Positions 1 through 13,256 are shown, counted from the first letter of the stretch. The stretch: DNA of 64,000 bases from the human T2T-CHM13v2.0 reference genome, Homo sapiens (GCA_009914755.4 CP086569.2:13632001-13696000), one strand, 5' to 3'. The notes: a model not told the origin generated them from the letters alone. Numbers and translations are program-made.

Positions 1-573
1 AGAAGGGTCAGAAGTATTTAATTTTTGTGTCATTCAGCAGGAACTTAACTGTCAGTGTTGTTAGACAAATTTTTAATTCCTTTGGTATCCTGTAAAGTGT
101 TTCTGTTGCCGAGTCTGACTCTGTGGTGGTATTGATAATTTCATTTAACTAATAACTATCCTACTGTCATTTAACGACTGTTATGTTGTTTTACTGATCT
201 TACCAATATGTGATCTAGTGACCTCTGAAAATATTTTACCAGATTGAAAATATTTCTCCTCATTTAAATTTCTTTTGTTAATTGCATATTTATTAATTGA
301 GCAAATGTCAAGGACTTCTGTACTAGGTATGTTCTAGGGTCTAACACTACAAAATGAACAAAAACTGGAAATGGTATTTCATTTCATAGCATTGATATTC
401 AGTGGATGTATGTCATTTGCAGGGACTTTTCCTCTGTTATTCTGAGATCGTGATTACTGTAAGATAAAACTAGTTTAAATGATAGAGTAGTATGTATATA
501 ATTCAAATCAAAATATATCTCCTTGTACATATTTAATATGTTTTGAGTTGCTTTAAGAGTTACAGGTTTTCTG

Positions 574-868
574 GCTGGGTGCAGTGATCCTGTAATCCCT
601 GTAATCCCAGCACTGTGGGAGGCCAAGGTGGGAAGATCACCTGAGGTCAGGTGTTTGAGACCAGCCTGGCCAATATGGCAAAACCCTGTCTGTACAAAAA
701 CTACAAAAAGTAGCCAGGCATGGTGGTGCATGCCTATAATCCCAGCTACTTGAAGGCTGAGGCAGGAGAATTTTTTAAACCTGGGAAGTGGAGATTGCAG
801 TGAGCTGAGGTTGTGCCACTGTACTTCAGTCTGGGAAATAGAGCAAGACTCTTCAACAGAAAACACTT
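574..868 (+). mobile_element. Alu SINE in sense orientation; its A-tail has decayed.
   Basis: It begins ggctgggtgcagtg…cctgtaatcccagcactgtgggaggccaaggtgg… and has both monomers. The minus-strand ORF 399..866 is its translation. Confidence 0.85.
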
Positions 869-1389
869 GTAAGTTTTATTTTTTGATAGAGGCACATGGA
901 TCTTGCTTTTCTTAAATCAGGTAAAGGTAAAAAGAAAAAAGAAACTTAAGATTTGCCTCTTAAATTTGATGATAAATGGGCAATTTACCGGGAAAAATCA
1001 GATTTTTTAATTGTCACTTTTTAATTTTCACAGATTTTTTACTGTATTTCAGTAATTAAAATTCTATGAAATGGTTCAATTCCCTGTCTACTAGTGAACA
1101 TTCTTTTTCTGATGTCATATTTTCAAGCTGTTTCATTGAGTTACATTACTTGATTTGATGTAGTTTATACAACTGTTTCTAAAATTTCCTGAATATTATA
1201 TTTCCTTCCTTTTTCTGAAATCCCATGTTTTTTCACCTTTTTAACATTTTATAATGTCATGTCTCATTTCAAAAGCCACAACACTATTTGTGAATTGGAG
1301 ACCATAATAGTTTCTAGCAATTTACTATGTTTAATCATAATTGGCCAAATAATTTTTTTTAAACATTCTTTGTTTGGCTCGTTTTTTAG

Positions 1390-1502
1390 GCCTTGATGTT
1401 AAAAGTGAAGCATGCCAACGTTTTTTTCGAGATGGACTAACAATATCTTTCACTAAAATTCTTATGGATGAGGCTGTGAGTGGCTGGAAGTTTGAAATTC
1501 AT
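1390..1502 (+). CDS. USP9Y: USP9Y coding exon, the first one in the window. It starts with two nucleotides that complete a Gly codon and encodes (G)[37 protein letters not shown].
   Basis: A polypyrimidine tract leads to an acceptor AG at 1388-1389, and the donor GTGAGT sits at 1503. The reading frame matches ORF-track entry 1374..1586. Confidence 0.85.
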
Positions 1503-2851
1503 GTGAGTCTTGTATTTCATTTCTGGGACTCAGATTTACATGGTGATTCCTGTGGATTTGTTTTTGAAAAATACTTCTGTGCGTAACATATTAACATATC
1601 AAGTCTGCTGATATATACTGCATAATTGAAGGTTAGCATGGTCTTTAAGAATGAGCTTGCGGTTTTGATTTAGTAAACCTTTGTTTAACCTGTCCCCTGA
1701 AATTTCAACAACCTTGTAACCTTACACACAACACAGTGTATTTCATCAAATGCAAGATAGTATTGATTGGAAGAGGCACTACTATTTTGTAGCACTTGAG
1801 GTCAAAAATACTTAAGCAGACTCTCAATGTAGCTGGGATAACAAAGGATATAATTTCAGTGCAAATGTAAATGGTAAAGAAACTCACTATGCACAAATGT
1901 AAAGCAAAGAAACTATTTTCCAGAGTATAATAGTTCTAAAGTCAGTTATGTAATGTGCAGAGAATGAAAGAAAGAAGATTGGTAGAGAAAGAAGACCCCC
2001 TGTCTTGGAAATTTAGACCAGAAACCAGTATTCACACAATTTTGTGATACGAATTCATACTTAGAGTTTTGATGCCAAAAAAGTCAAATAGAATTTAATA
2101 CATTCTCAGATTAGCAGTATCTTCAAGTGACAGGTAAAAGGAAACACAAGTAATCTCAGGTAATATTGCAAATCTAGTACCTAGGTATATATTGCAGTCT
2201 GCCAACTATCTTGATTCTATTATAAGATACCTTCATATTTCAGAGATTTTAAAAATGACAAAAACTAAAGTATCTTTACTGAATTACTGTACATACTTCA
2301 GGCCTCTGGTTCTTTTTTAGAAAATGCAGTTAACCAAAAGTTATGAATCAAATATATACTTTTTGATGACCTCAACCTAAAAAATACAACTTAGACATTT
2401 TCCACAAATGACCATGGCATGCATATGCCAGCAGCTCTGAATTGACCTATAACTTTTTTGTAGGGGTGGAAATTGAAATTTTGAAAATATGTGACTTTTG
2501 AGTTGAGATGTTGATAACAAAACTTTAAAGGTTTCCTCTAAAGTACAAATTCCAGAGAGAAAAGTGGCAATTTGTGTGTCCTGTAGACATAAAGCAGAAA
2601 TAGACAAACTGTGGTACCTACTTTATTTGTTACATTTCTCAAATAGCTTTTGAAATTAAGTGCAAATTTATGAAATAAATATTAATTTATCTTTACCAAT
2701 GTATTACTTTGATCCCAATATTAGTGAAATTATGCAGAATTAAGATGACCAGTGCAGAAAAATGGAAAGAGATTATTAATAAAAATTAAATGTGTTTGAA
2801 ATTGCAATGTGTTCTTATTATAAACTGTATCATATCCTATCCATGTAACAG

Positions 2852-3070
2852 AGATGTATTATTAACAATACTCATCGCCTAGTGGAGCTTTGTGTGGCCA
2901 AGTTGTCCCAAGATTGGTTTCCACTTCTAGAACTTCTCGCCATGGCCTTAAATCCTCACTGCAAGTTTCATATCTACAATGGTACACGTCCGTGTGAATT
3001 AATTTCCTCAAATGCTCAGTTGCCTGAAGATGAATTATTTGCTCGTTCTTCAGATCCTCGATCACCAAAA
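2852..3070 (+). CDS. USP9Y: USP9Y coding exon in phase 0, encoding [73 protein letters not shown].
   Basis: The acceptor AG is at 2850-2851 and the donor GTGCGT at 3071. The frame is shared with ORF-track 2882..3106, and the peptide continues the previous exon exactly. Confidence 0.88.
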
Positions 3071-3990
3071 GTGCGTTGGTTTGTTATTTTCAAGATTAAA
3101 TATTAATTTTTTTATTTGCATTTGCCACAGACCATTAGTGATGTGAACCTGTCTTTAAATAATGATCAAGTCAATACATAGTCTTGTTTTATGTGGATTT
3201 CTGTTTAAAGACCTATTATTTAATATGTATAACCTTGAACTCATGGTCAATAACCATATAACTCATGCCTGAACAGGGTTTATTATGTATTGATTGGTTG
3301 AATATGCTCCTTGGAGCATAGTGTTTGTGTTTCTGTGAGGAGAAGTCAGTATTTGCTAATTCATTGTTCACAGCTACTTCAGAGACTGTAATTACTGCAA
3401 ATAAGCATGGGCTGTTCTTTGTTTGTACTGTGTGTATATATTTATTAAAGCAGCAGAATGCTTACATATATTTACAGACTGTATAACCTCAGTGAGATTT
3501 AAAAATTGTACCATTTTGCTTTCATGACATACCATTAGGCGTTTCCTGTAATGCCTAATTTTCTTAGGAGAAGATGGTTCAGTGTTCAACAGCTAAATCT
3601 TGGATCATGTAAGTAATCTTTGTAGTTGTACCTCAAAGGGAAGTTAGATCTGCTTTATACTTGCCAGAATTAACAATTTTTCTCAAGGAAGCGGGATAGA
3701 AGACAGCAAAATCTAATTACACATCAAAAAGCCAGAAAAGAAAAAAACAGCCAAAACCACTGCACTAGCAGTCAAAGCTATGGAAAAGTCACCCAATTTT
3801 GTATATTTTCACTTTAATGTGTCAGTATCTTTAATATTACTGTAGTGGCTATTTCATATCTCAAAGTCAGTTTGATCATATTAAATTCAATTAATATTTA
3901 GCGCATGAAAAAAAAACTTAACCAGCAACAGAAAAAGAAAATAGAACGTGGCTTTAGCAAGTATACTGCATATGCACATGTGCGTGTGCT

Positions 3991-4012
3991 CACACACACA
4001 CACACACACACA
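3991..4012. repeat. (CA)11 microsatellite.
   Basis: It reads cacacacacacacacacacaca. Confidence 0.9.
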
Positions 4013-5184
4013 AACTCGCAGAATCCAAAAAGATAAAATAATACAGAATTCCTTTAAATAGTATAAAATTTTTGTGAACAGACATAATTTACTTTTTTCT
4101 TTCCCATTGGTTCACATTGGATAAATCCTATTACTGCTTTTTCTTGTGTTACCTCCACAGGTAGGAGGACTTAATTAGTGTATTGAATAGAAATAGTGAA
4201 AGGAGGCATTCTTGATTGTTCCTGATCTTAGATAAACAGCTTTCAGTCTTTCATCATAGAGTATGATGTTAGCCAAGAGCTTTTTACATAAAGTCTTTAT
4301 TATGTTAATGTCAATTATTTCTGTTCCTCATTTGTTTAGTGGTTTTATCATTGTGGTGGTAAATTTTGTCAAAGCTTTTTCGGCATTGATGGCCATGATC
4401 ATGTGATTTTTTTCCTTTCATTCTCTTCAGATTGTGTGTCGTATTGATCAATATTTGTATGTTGAAGTGTCTTTCATTCCAGGAAAAAAATAACTTGGTC
4501 ATGTATATAATCTCTTTAATATGTTTTAAATTTTGTTGCTATTATAGTATTGCAGAATTTTGCATCAATATTTATAAGGGAGATTAGTGTGTAGGGTTTT
4601 TTTTTTTTGTAATTTCTTTGTCTTGTTTTGATGTTCAGGGTAATGCTGTCTTCATAGATGAGTTTGGATATGTTCTTTCCTCCTCAGTTTTTTGGAAGAC
4701 TGTGAGGATGATTGGTCTTAATTCTTCAAGTATTTGGTAGAATTCCCCCAGTGAAGTGATTGGGTTTTGTTTGGGCTTTTCTTTATGGGGGTATTTTTGA
4801 TTGCTGATTCTGTCTGATTAGTTATGGGCCTATTCAGGTTTTCTATTTCTTCATGGTTGCGTCTTGGGTAGATTGTATATTTCTATAAAGTTGTCCTCCT
4901 ATCTAGGTTATCCAGTTTTTTAGGATGCAGTGGTTCTTAGTACTCTCAGATGGTTTTTTATTTCTATAATATACATAGTAATGTCTCCTGTTTTGTTTCT
5001 GCTATTAGTTATTTGAGTCTTCTCTCTTTTTCTTAGTCAAACTGGCTAGAGGTCTGGCAATTTCTTTATTTTTTCAAGAACCAAATTTTGGTTTTGTTGT
5101 TTTTCTGCTCTGTTTGCTAATCTCTTGGCATTTATATTCTTCTGCTATCTTTGGGTTTATTTTGTTACCCTTTTTGTAGTTATT

Positions 5185-5476
5185 TTTTGTTTGTTTGTTT
5201 TTGTTTTTGAGACAGTCTTGCTCTGTCGCCCAAGCTGGAGTGCAGCGGCATGATCTCAGCTCATTGCAACCTCTGCCTCCCATCCTGTGCCTCAGCCTCC
5301 ATAGCTGCTGGGGTTAACAGGTGCTCACCACAATACCCGGCTGATTTATGTATTTTTAGTAGAAAAGAGGTTTCACCATGGTGGTCAGGCTGGTCTCAAA
5401 CTCCTGACCTCAGGTGATCTGCCCACCTCAGCCTCCCAAAGTGCTGGGATTACAGGCGTGGGCCATTGCTCCCAGC
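5185..5476 (-). mobile_element. Alu SINE in antisense orientation.
   Basis: A poly-T or (GTTT)n head is followed by gagacagtcttgctctgtcgcccaagctggagtgcag…, and the element ends …ggcgtgggccattgctcccagc. Confidence 0.85.
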
Positions 5477-5716
5477 TTCTTTTTGTAGTTCTTTAAGGTA
5501 TAAATTTTCGGTTGTTGATTGGAGATCTTTTTTAAAAAATCCTCTGTACTATGAAGTTCTCTCTTCGCACAGCTTTTGCCGCATCTCATAAGTTTGATAT
5601 GTTTTCATTTTTATTTGCCTCAAATATTATACTTTCTGTTGGAGTTCTCCTCCTTGATCGATGGGTCGTTTAAGATGTGTTGTTTAATTTCTCCTTATTT
5701 ATGGATTTTTCAGTTT

Positions 5717-5992
5717 TTATTTTTTTTTATTTTTTGAGATGGAGTTTCGCTTTTTCACCCAGGCTAGAGTGCAGTGGTGTGATCTAGGCTCACTGCAACC
5801 TCCACCTCCTGGGTTCAGGCAATTCTCATGCCTCAGCCTCCGGAGTAGCTAGGATTACAGGTGTGTGGCACCACGCCCAGCTAATTTTTTCTATTTTTAG
5901 TAGAGATGGGGTTTGACCATGTCGGCCAGGTTGGTCTTGAACTCCTGAGCTCAAGTGATCCACCTGCCTTGGCCTCCCAATGCACCTGGCTG
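5717..5992 (-). mobile_element. Alu SINE in antisense orientation.
   Basis: It begins tttttttttattttttgagatggagtttcgctttttcacccaggctagagtgcagtgg…. Confidence 0.85.
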
Positions 5993-6235
5993 ATTTTTCA
6001 GTTTTTCTTCTGCTGTTGATTCCTAGTTTCCTTGCATCCTGATCTGGAAAGATAGTTTGTATGAGCTCAGTCTTAAATATGTTAAGATTTGTTTTGTTTG
6101 TTATGTAATGTATCCTGATGGATGTTCTAAGTGCACTTGACGAGAATGTTTATTCTGCTACTTTTGTGTAGAGTGTTCCATAAATGTTTATTAGGTCAAC
6201 TTGTTCTCTAGTGTTGTGCAAGGCCTTTTTTTCCT

Positions 6236-6478
6236 TATTTTTTTTTTTGGAGACAGGGCTTTGCTTTGTCACCCAGGCTGGAGTATAGTGGTGCCATCTC
6301 AGCTCACTGCAATCTCTGCCTCCCAGGCTCAAGCTGTTCTCCTGCTGTGTAGCTGGGATTACAGGCACCCGCCACCATGCTTGGCTCAGTTTTGTATCTT
6401 TAGTGGAGACAGAGTTTCACCATGTTGGCCAGTCTGGTCTTGAACTTCTGATGACAAGTGATCCTCCCACCTCGGCTT
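6236..6478 (-). mobile_element. Alu SINE in antisense orientation, slightly truncated.
   Basis: It begins ttttttttttggagacagggctttgctttgtcacccaggctggagtatagtgg…. Confidence 0.8.
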
Positions 6479-6750
6479 ATTGACATTTTGTCTGATTGTT
6501 TACTGATTATTGGAAATATGGTATTGAAGTGTCTGACTAATTTTGTATAACTTTCTCTCTAGGTCTCATAATGTTTGCTTCACACAGTCAGCAGTTCTGA
6601 AGTTTGGTGTATGCATATTTATAATTGCAGTGAATTCACCCTTTTATGATCATATAACATCCTTTTTTGCCTCTTGTGAGAGGATGCTACCTAAAATTTA
6701 TTTTGCTTCATATTAGCAAAACGTTCTCTTTTAGTTACTGTTTGTGTGGA

Positions 6751-7021
<271 letters not shown>

Positions 7022-8099
7022 ATGTTTTGTATTCTTAGCTTTCAAGTTGTGTGCATCCTTATATTTAAGTGAGTCTTTTGTAGACAGTTTATCTTGGATT
7101 CTGTTTTTGTTTTTTAAATCTATTCTGCCAATCTGTATCATTTGGTTGGGAAGTTGAACCTACTTTATATTCAGAGTAATTAGTGATAAAGAGGATTTAC
7201 CACTGCCATTTTGTTGTTTTCTGATGTCTTACAGCTTTTTTTCTGTATAATTTTCTTACCTACTGACTTTATCTTCATAATTTCAATTCTTCAGATTGTC
7301 TTTTACAGACATGTTGTGATTCTTCTCATTTCCTTTTAGGCATATTCCATAAACATGTTTTTCCTGGTTACCATGGAGATTACATAGGGGCATACCTTGG
7401 AGATAGTATTGCAGGTTGAGTTCCAGACCACTGCAATAAAGCAATTACCACATTGAAGGGAGTTGCACAAGTTTTTTGTTTCTCAATATATATATAATTT
7501 TCACTATTCTTAGTCTGTTAAGTATGTGGTAACATTACATCTTTAAAAAATGTACTCACCTTAATTTTAAAATGCTTCATTGCTAAAAAATGTGACATTT
7601 TACAAATTTCACTTCTTAAAAAAAAACTATCTGCAAAATTCAGTAAAGCAAAGCGTAATAAAATGAAGTATGCCTGTATATTATTATAATAGCTGTAACA
7701 GTCTATTTTAAACCCATACCAACTTGATTTCAGTTGCATACATAATGTCCTTTACACCTCACCTGCTGCAATTTATGTTATTGATATCACAAATGATATA
7801 TTTTTATATGTAATACAGACATAAGTTTTTTAATTCTTTGGCCTCTCAAATTCTGTAAGAGAATAAAAAGTGGAGTTATTAGACAATTACAGTAATACTG
7901 AGTTTTACAAATGTTTGTATGTTTTTCTTTACCACAGATTTGGTAATTTTTTTTTAATACATTGAATTATCACCTAGGGCCCTTGTATTTCAACTTGCAC
8001 GCCATTTAGCATTTTTGTAGTCTAGTGGTAATAGACTCTAGCAGCTTTTGTTGGTCTAGAAATGTCTTAATTTCAAGGACTGTTTTGCCAAGTACCAAA

Positions 8100-8620
8100 T
8101 TATTATTTGATAGTATTTTCCTCTCAGTACTTCCTAATGAGCACTCAGCTGTTAGCTATTTTTGAGGGTTTTGTTGTTGTTGTTGCTGCTGTTGTTTTGT
8201 TTTCATTATGTGAGGAGTTACTTTTCTTACTAATTTCTAGATTCTTTCTTTTTATAACGTTTTTTGGTGGTGGTCTTTGGGGGTGTGCCTTCCCTAGAGG
8301 TACTGAGCCTTTTCTATTTGTATATATCCATGTCTTTCCTCAAATATGGCACAGTTTTGGCCACTATTTTGGCCACTATTTCTGCATGTGAGACCTCTGT
8401 TTCTTTATCTTCTGCTTCTTGGACGTTCATAATGTTTGCATTTTTCCAAGTGGTGGTATTCCCTAAGTCTCTCAGGCTATTCACTTTTGACTTCTTTTTT
8501 TCTCCACTTACTCTGATTTTAAATGACCTTTTCTCAAGTCGTGATTGTCAGTCCTGCCTATTGATGTCTTCTGTTGAGCCCATCTTGTTTCCGTATTTTC
8601 ATCTGCAGAATTTACGTTTG
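8100..8620 (-). mobile_element. L1-like fragment in antisense orientation. The family and boundaries are uncertain.
   Basis: The region is repeat-like, AT-rich and rich in short ORFs (ORF-track 8107..8391 and 8264..8638), with L1-like sequence such as …ttcataatgtttgcatttttccaagtggtggtattccctaagtctctcaggc…. Confidence 0.35.
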
Positions 8621-8918
<298 letters not shown>

Positions 8919-9064
8919 ACCCGGCTACTTGTATTTTTAGTAGAGATGGGGTCTTCTTCTCCATGTTTGGTCAGGCTGGTCTTGAACTCCTGACCTCAGG
9001 TCATCTGCCTGCCTTGGCCTCCCAAAGTGCTGGGATGATAGGATTGAACCACCACACCTGGCCC
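8919..9064 (-). mobile_element. Partial Alu consisting of the right monomer only, in antisense orientation, directly abutting the previous Alu.
   Basis: It reads …tgtatttttagtagagatggggtcttcttctccatgtttggtcaggctggtcttgaactcctgacctcaggtcatctgcc…. Confidence 0.75.
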
Positions 9065-9185
9065 TGTTTCTTTATTATTTTTTTTCTCTGTTGACATGTT
9101 CATTTTATTTGTATATCATTTTTCTAATTTTCTTTAGCCTCCTTTTTCATTAGTTCATTAGGCGTATTTGACTTTTTCTTAAATT

Positions 9186-9490
9186 ATTTTATTTTATTTT
9201 ATTTTTGAGACAGAGCCTTACTCTGTCTCTCAGGCTGGAGGGCAGTGGTGCGATCTTGGCTGACTGCAACCTCTGCCTCCCTGGTTCAAGCGATTCTCTT
9301 CCTCAGCTCCCCCTGGCCCCGAGTAGCTGGGATTACAGACGTGCACCACCATGCCCAGCTAGTTTTTGTATTTTTAGTAGAGATGGGGTTTCAGCATACT
9401 GGCCAGGCTGGTCTTGAACTCCTGATCTCAGGCGATCCGCCCGCCGCGGCCTCCCAAAGTGCTGTGATTAAAGGTGTGAGACACTGCGCT
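9186..9490 (-). mobile_element. Alu SINE in antisense orientation.
   Basis: An (ATTTT)n head is followed by gagacagagccttactctgtctctcaggctggagggcagtggtgcgatc…, and the element ends …aaaggtgtgagacactgcgc. Confidence 0.85.
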
Positions 9491-9500
9491 GATATTTTAA

Positions 9501-10089
<589 letters not shown>

Positions 10090-11065
10090 TCCTGAGTCAT
10101 TTTGAGCATTTGAAAAAGCACTTATATTCCCCAGTCTTTGTGAACTGGCTTGGTACAGGGGAATTCCCTTTATTAATCAGCTCAGCTTGCAGGCTTAAAG
10201 CCTGCTTTAACCTTTTCTAGGTATTTGTCTTTCTTGAGACTTTCCGTGAGTCTTTTTTACCCATGTATTTCACATGGTTCTGGTTATTCCATTCCATGAT
10301 GGTTGCTGTAAAAATTTCCCAATTCCTCCATGAGCCTCACCTCTGTTTATTTTTGCTGCCTTACCTGTCATGTGCATTCTTCATTCAGTAGTTCGCCTCA
10401 GTAGTCTACAGGTTTGTAATTCCCTTGGAGACTTCACAAATTGTCTTCCCATGGCTTCTAGTCGGAGTTTTAAGCCACTGTTGGCCCCTTGCCCTTCAGG
10501 TTGAGTATGCAGAGACTAATCCCACAGGCAGCCTGCAGACAAATTTAGAATGTTGTAAATCTAGCCCTCTTGATTCCTCCAGTTCATACAGAACTGGTGA
10601 CCAGATCACTGGTTCTGCAAACTGTACCTTGGTAGGAAGGGAGTGGGCAAGGATAAGTGAAATAACACAAAATTGCCTGTTCCCTTTGAATATGGCTTTT
10701 TCTTGAACTGGGCATTTTCTTGATAGCTGTATACTTTTGACTGATTTTCAGAATTGCAGTGAAGTTTTTTCTTTGAACAGAAACAAGGCTTTGGAGTGTT
10801 TTAGTCCACAATCTTGCTGATGTCACTCCATGAACTGATTTTTTAAATAATAAAAAGGTAGGAAAATATAATATTATAGTAAAATCATTCAGGAATATAT
10901 TTACCAAAGCTTTTAAAATTCAGTTTTTCATCGTATCAAACGTAGGATTAGAGTTATACAAGTGTATTCTTTAAAAGTTATTTTTTATTTCACATTTTCC
11001 ACATGTCCTGAATATGTTTTTCTGTTCAAACTGGAGAAATTATTTCTCTCAAGATTGGTAGTATG

Positions 11066-11433
<368 letters not shown>

Positions 11434-11888
11434 CTAAAACTTGACTCTAGAAAATGATATAAAAATCTTTCATTTTACCTTATTTCTTAATTCTTAGTTT
11501 ATTCATTCTTTTCATAACTTCTGAAGTCGTTAATTCATATTGCATCTTAACGTTTAGAGATGTTTTTAGATATACAACCTTTACCTGATTCTTACTCGTA
11601 CCAGATACATGAGATATAAACAATACCAGTTGTGTCCCCATGAACTATGATATAATTTCTGCCTGTGCTGTGTCCAGCTGAAAGATATAGAAAACAAAAT
11701 ACAATATAAAAGGTTTAAATCTCTGTAAGTATATATAGTAAACATGTCTTGTACTCTTTTTAAAGATAATTTAGTATAATTTTTTAATTAAATTTTCCAT
11801 TTCTAGTATGCTTCACACAAATGCGTTTCAAATAGTAACTTTTTTTCTGAAAGGGGGGAATTAATTTTTATTATTAACTGTATTACAG

Positions 11889-12004
11889 GGTTGGCTAGTG
11901 GATCTCATCAATAAATTTGGCACATTAAATGGGTTCCAGATTTTGCATGATCGTTTTTTTAATGGATCAGCATTAAATATTCAAATAATTGCAGCTCTTA
12001 TTAA
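11889..12004 (+). CDS. USP9Y: USP9Y coding exon encoding [38 protein letters not shown] plus the first two nucleotides (AA) of a Lys codon.
   Basis: The acceptor AG is at 11887-11888 and the consensus donor GTAAGT at 12005. The split Lys codon is completed by the first nucleotide of the next exon. Confidence 0.85.
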
Positions 12005-12100
12005 GTAAGTTATGTTTTCATGTTTGTTAAATAATTTCATGTTTGTTCAAATAATTGCAGCTCTTATTAAGTTATGTTTTCATATTCTGTGCATTATACA
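11981..12100 (+). repeat. Local tandem duplication in the intron that copies the last 25 nt of the 11889-12004 exon together with its splice-donor region.
   Basis: tcaaataattgcagctcttattaag occurs at 11981-12005, where it is the real exon end followed by GTAAGT, and again at 12047-12071, where it is followed by ttatgtttt. Between them the subrepeat catgtttgtt(c)aaataatt is also repeated. Confidence 0.85.
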
Positions 12101-12274
12101 AATTACTATTTTATTTACTTAAAAATCATTGTTCATTTTTTTCAGTGTGGGTTGTGTCTCACTGTAAAATGAGGACCTGTTTTTGTGTGGTCTTAAATGT
12201 TGAAAGTAATTGGCAAGTTTAGTTCTTTTAAAAAACATGAATGTTACAGAGGTTTTGTGTCCTTCGTATTTCAG

Positions 12275-12526
12275 ACCATTTGGACAATGCTATGAGTTTC
12301 TCAGTCAACATACACTGAAAAAGTACTTCATTCCAGTTATAGAAATAGTTCCACATTTATTGGAAAACTTAACTGATGAAGAACTGAAAAAGGAGGCAAA
12401 GAATGAAGCCAAAAATGATGCCCTTTCAATGATTATTAAATCTTTGAAGAACTTAGCTTCAAGAATTTCAGGACAAGATGAGACTATAAAAAATTTGGAA
12501 ATTTTTAGGTTAAAGATGATACTCAG
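12275..12526 (+). CDS. USP9Y: USP9Y coding exon encoding (K)[83 protein letters not shown] plus the first two nucleotides (AG) of an Arg codon.
   Basis: The acceptor AG is at 12273-12274 and the donor GTAAGA at 12527. The frame is identical to ORF-track 12210..12530. Confidence 0.9.
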
Positions 12527-12568
12527 GTAAGATATTTTCCACCTTAAATTATTTGTGTGAATTCTGAT

Positions 12569-12745
12569 ATAACATTTACTCCAAATTTCTCTCATTTATG
12601 GTTGTAAATTTCCTCTTTTAGTGGAAAGATGAATGCACTGAATGAAATAAATAAGGTTATAACATTTACTCCAAATTTTTCTCATAGATTGTTGCAAATT
12701 TCCTCTTTTAATGGAAAGATGAATGCACTGAATGAAATAAATAAG
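12569..12745 (+). repeat. Tandem duplication of about 88 bp covering the 3' splice-site region and the first ~35 nt of the 12688-12826 exon.
   Basis: Copy 1 at about 12569-12656 reads …ataacatttactccaaatttctctcatttatggttgtaaatttcctcttttagtggaaagatgaatgcactgaatgaaataaataaggttat. Copy 2 at about 12657-12745 reads ataacatttactccaaatttttctcatagattgttgcaaatttcctcttttaatggaaagatgaatgcactgaatgaaataaataaggttat. ORF-track 12629..12853 reads through both copies in a single frame. Confidence 0.88.
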
Positions 12746-12826
12746 GTTATATCTAGTGTATCATATTATACTCATCGGCATAGTAATCCTGAGGAGGAAG
12801 AATGGCTGACAGCTGAGCGAATGGCA
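12688..12826 (+). CDS. USP9Y: USP9Y coding exon encoding (R)[46 protein letters not shown].
   Basis: The acceptor AG is at 12686-12687 (tttttctcatAG|a) and the donor GTAAGC at 12827. The frame matches ORF-track 12629..12853. The 3' splice site and first ~35 nt of this exon are tandemly duplicated just upstream (see findings). Confidence 0.85.
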
Positions 12827-13256
12827 GTAAGCCTCTTAAATCTTTTATTGTGAATAAGACACTGCTTATGGAAAATTACATTATTACCAATTATTGTTAG
12901 AAGCAACAATAGCAAAACTAAAATTGAAAGATTTATGACTAATTGTAAGATCTTTTTATAATAATAATAAAAGGTTTAATAAATGATTAGTTGTTTGAAA
13001 CTGTTGAGGTAACTTAATTGTTTCTCAGGTAAATTTATTATTTTTGAATGTAGCTTTGATGTAAATAGATGGCTTGGTTGAAATGAAATAGTAAGATGTG
13101 ATTTTCGGAGGGGTTGAGTGGATCTGCAGTCTGGTGAATGAACTAACGTAGTGATCACTTCCTAATTCCATTTGAAGATTAATAAATAGGGATTATAACT
13201 AATGGGATAATTGAGTAGTGCTTTATCATGATTTTAAGAATATTAAGATTAATTTC

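Noticed and set aside
399-866. Long minus-strand ORF (155 aa) and many similar ORFs whose proteins read …[17 protein letters not shown]…, …VAGITGA…HHAWLIF… or …[12 protein letters not shown]… (for example 6201..6443, 8648..8902, 9205..9628, 11125..11349, 14815..15025, 22952..23218, 27352..27570, 31386..31625, 33780..33971, 35781..35963, 40012..40278, 44772..45093, 46468..46683 and 52436..52648)
   Set aside because: These are conceptual translations of Alu elements in one or the other orientation, and each coincides with an annotated Alu. They are not genes.
10090-10910. Overlapping ORFs 10425..10706 (+) and 10584..10907 (-) in non-Alu sequence between repeats
   Set aside because: There is no splice-site context, no similarity I can recognise, and the region is flanked by L1-like sequence. 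It most likely belongs to the same degenerate L1 or ancient repeat, and I could not support any call.
12305-12595. A 96-aa minus-strand ORF overlapping the coding exon at 12275-12526
   Set aside because: It is antisense to a well-supported USP9Y exon, is AT-rich and Lys/Ser/Phe-rich, and has no splice or promoter context. It is a chance open frame opposite real coding sequence.
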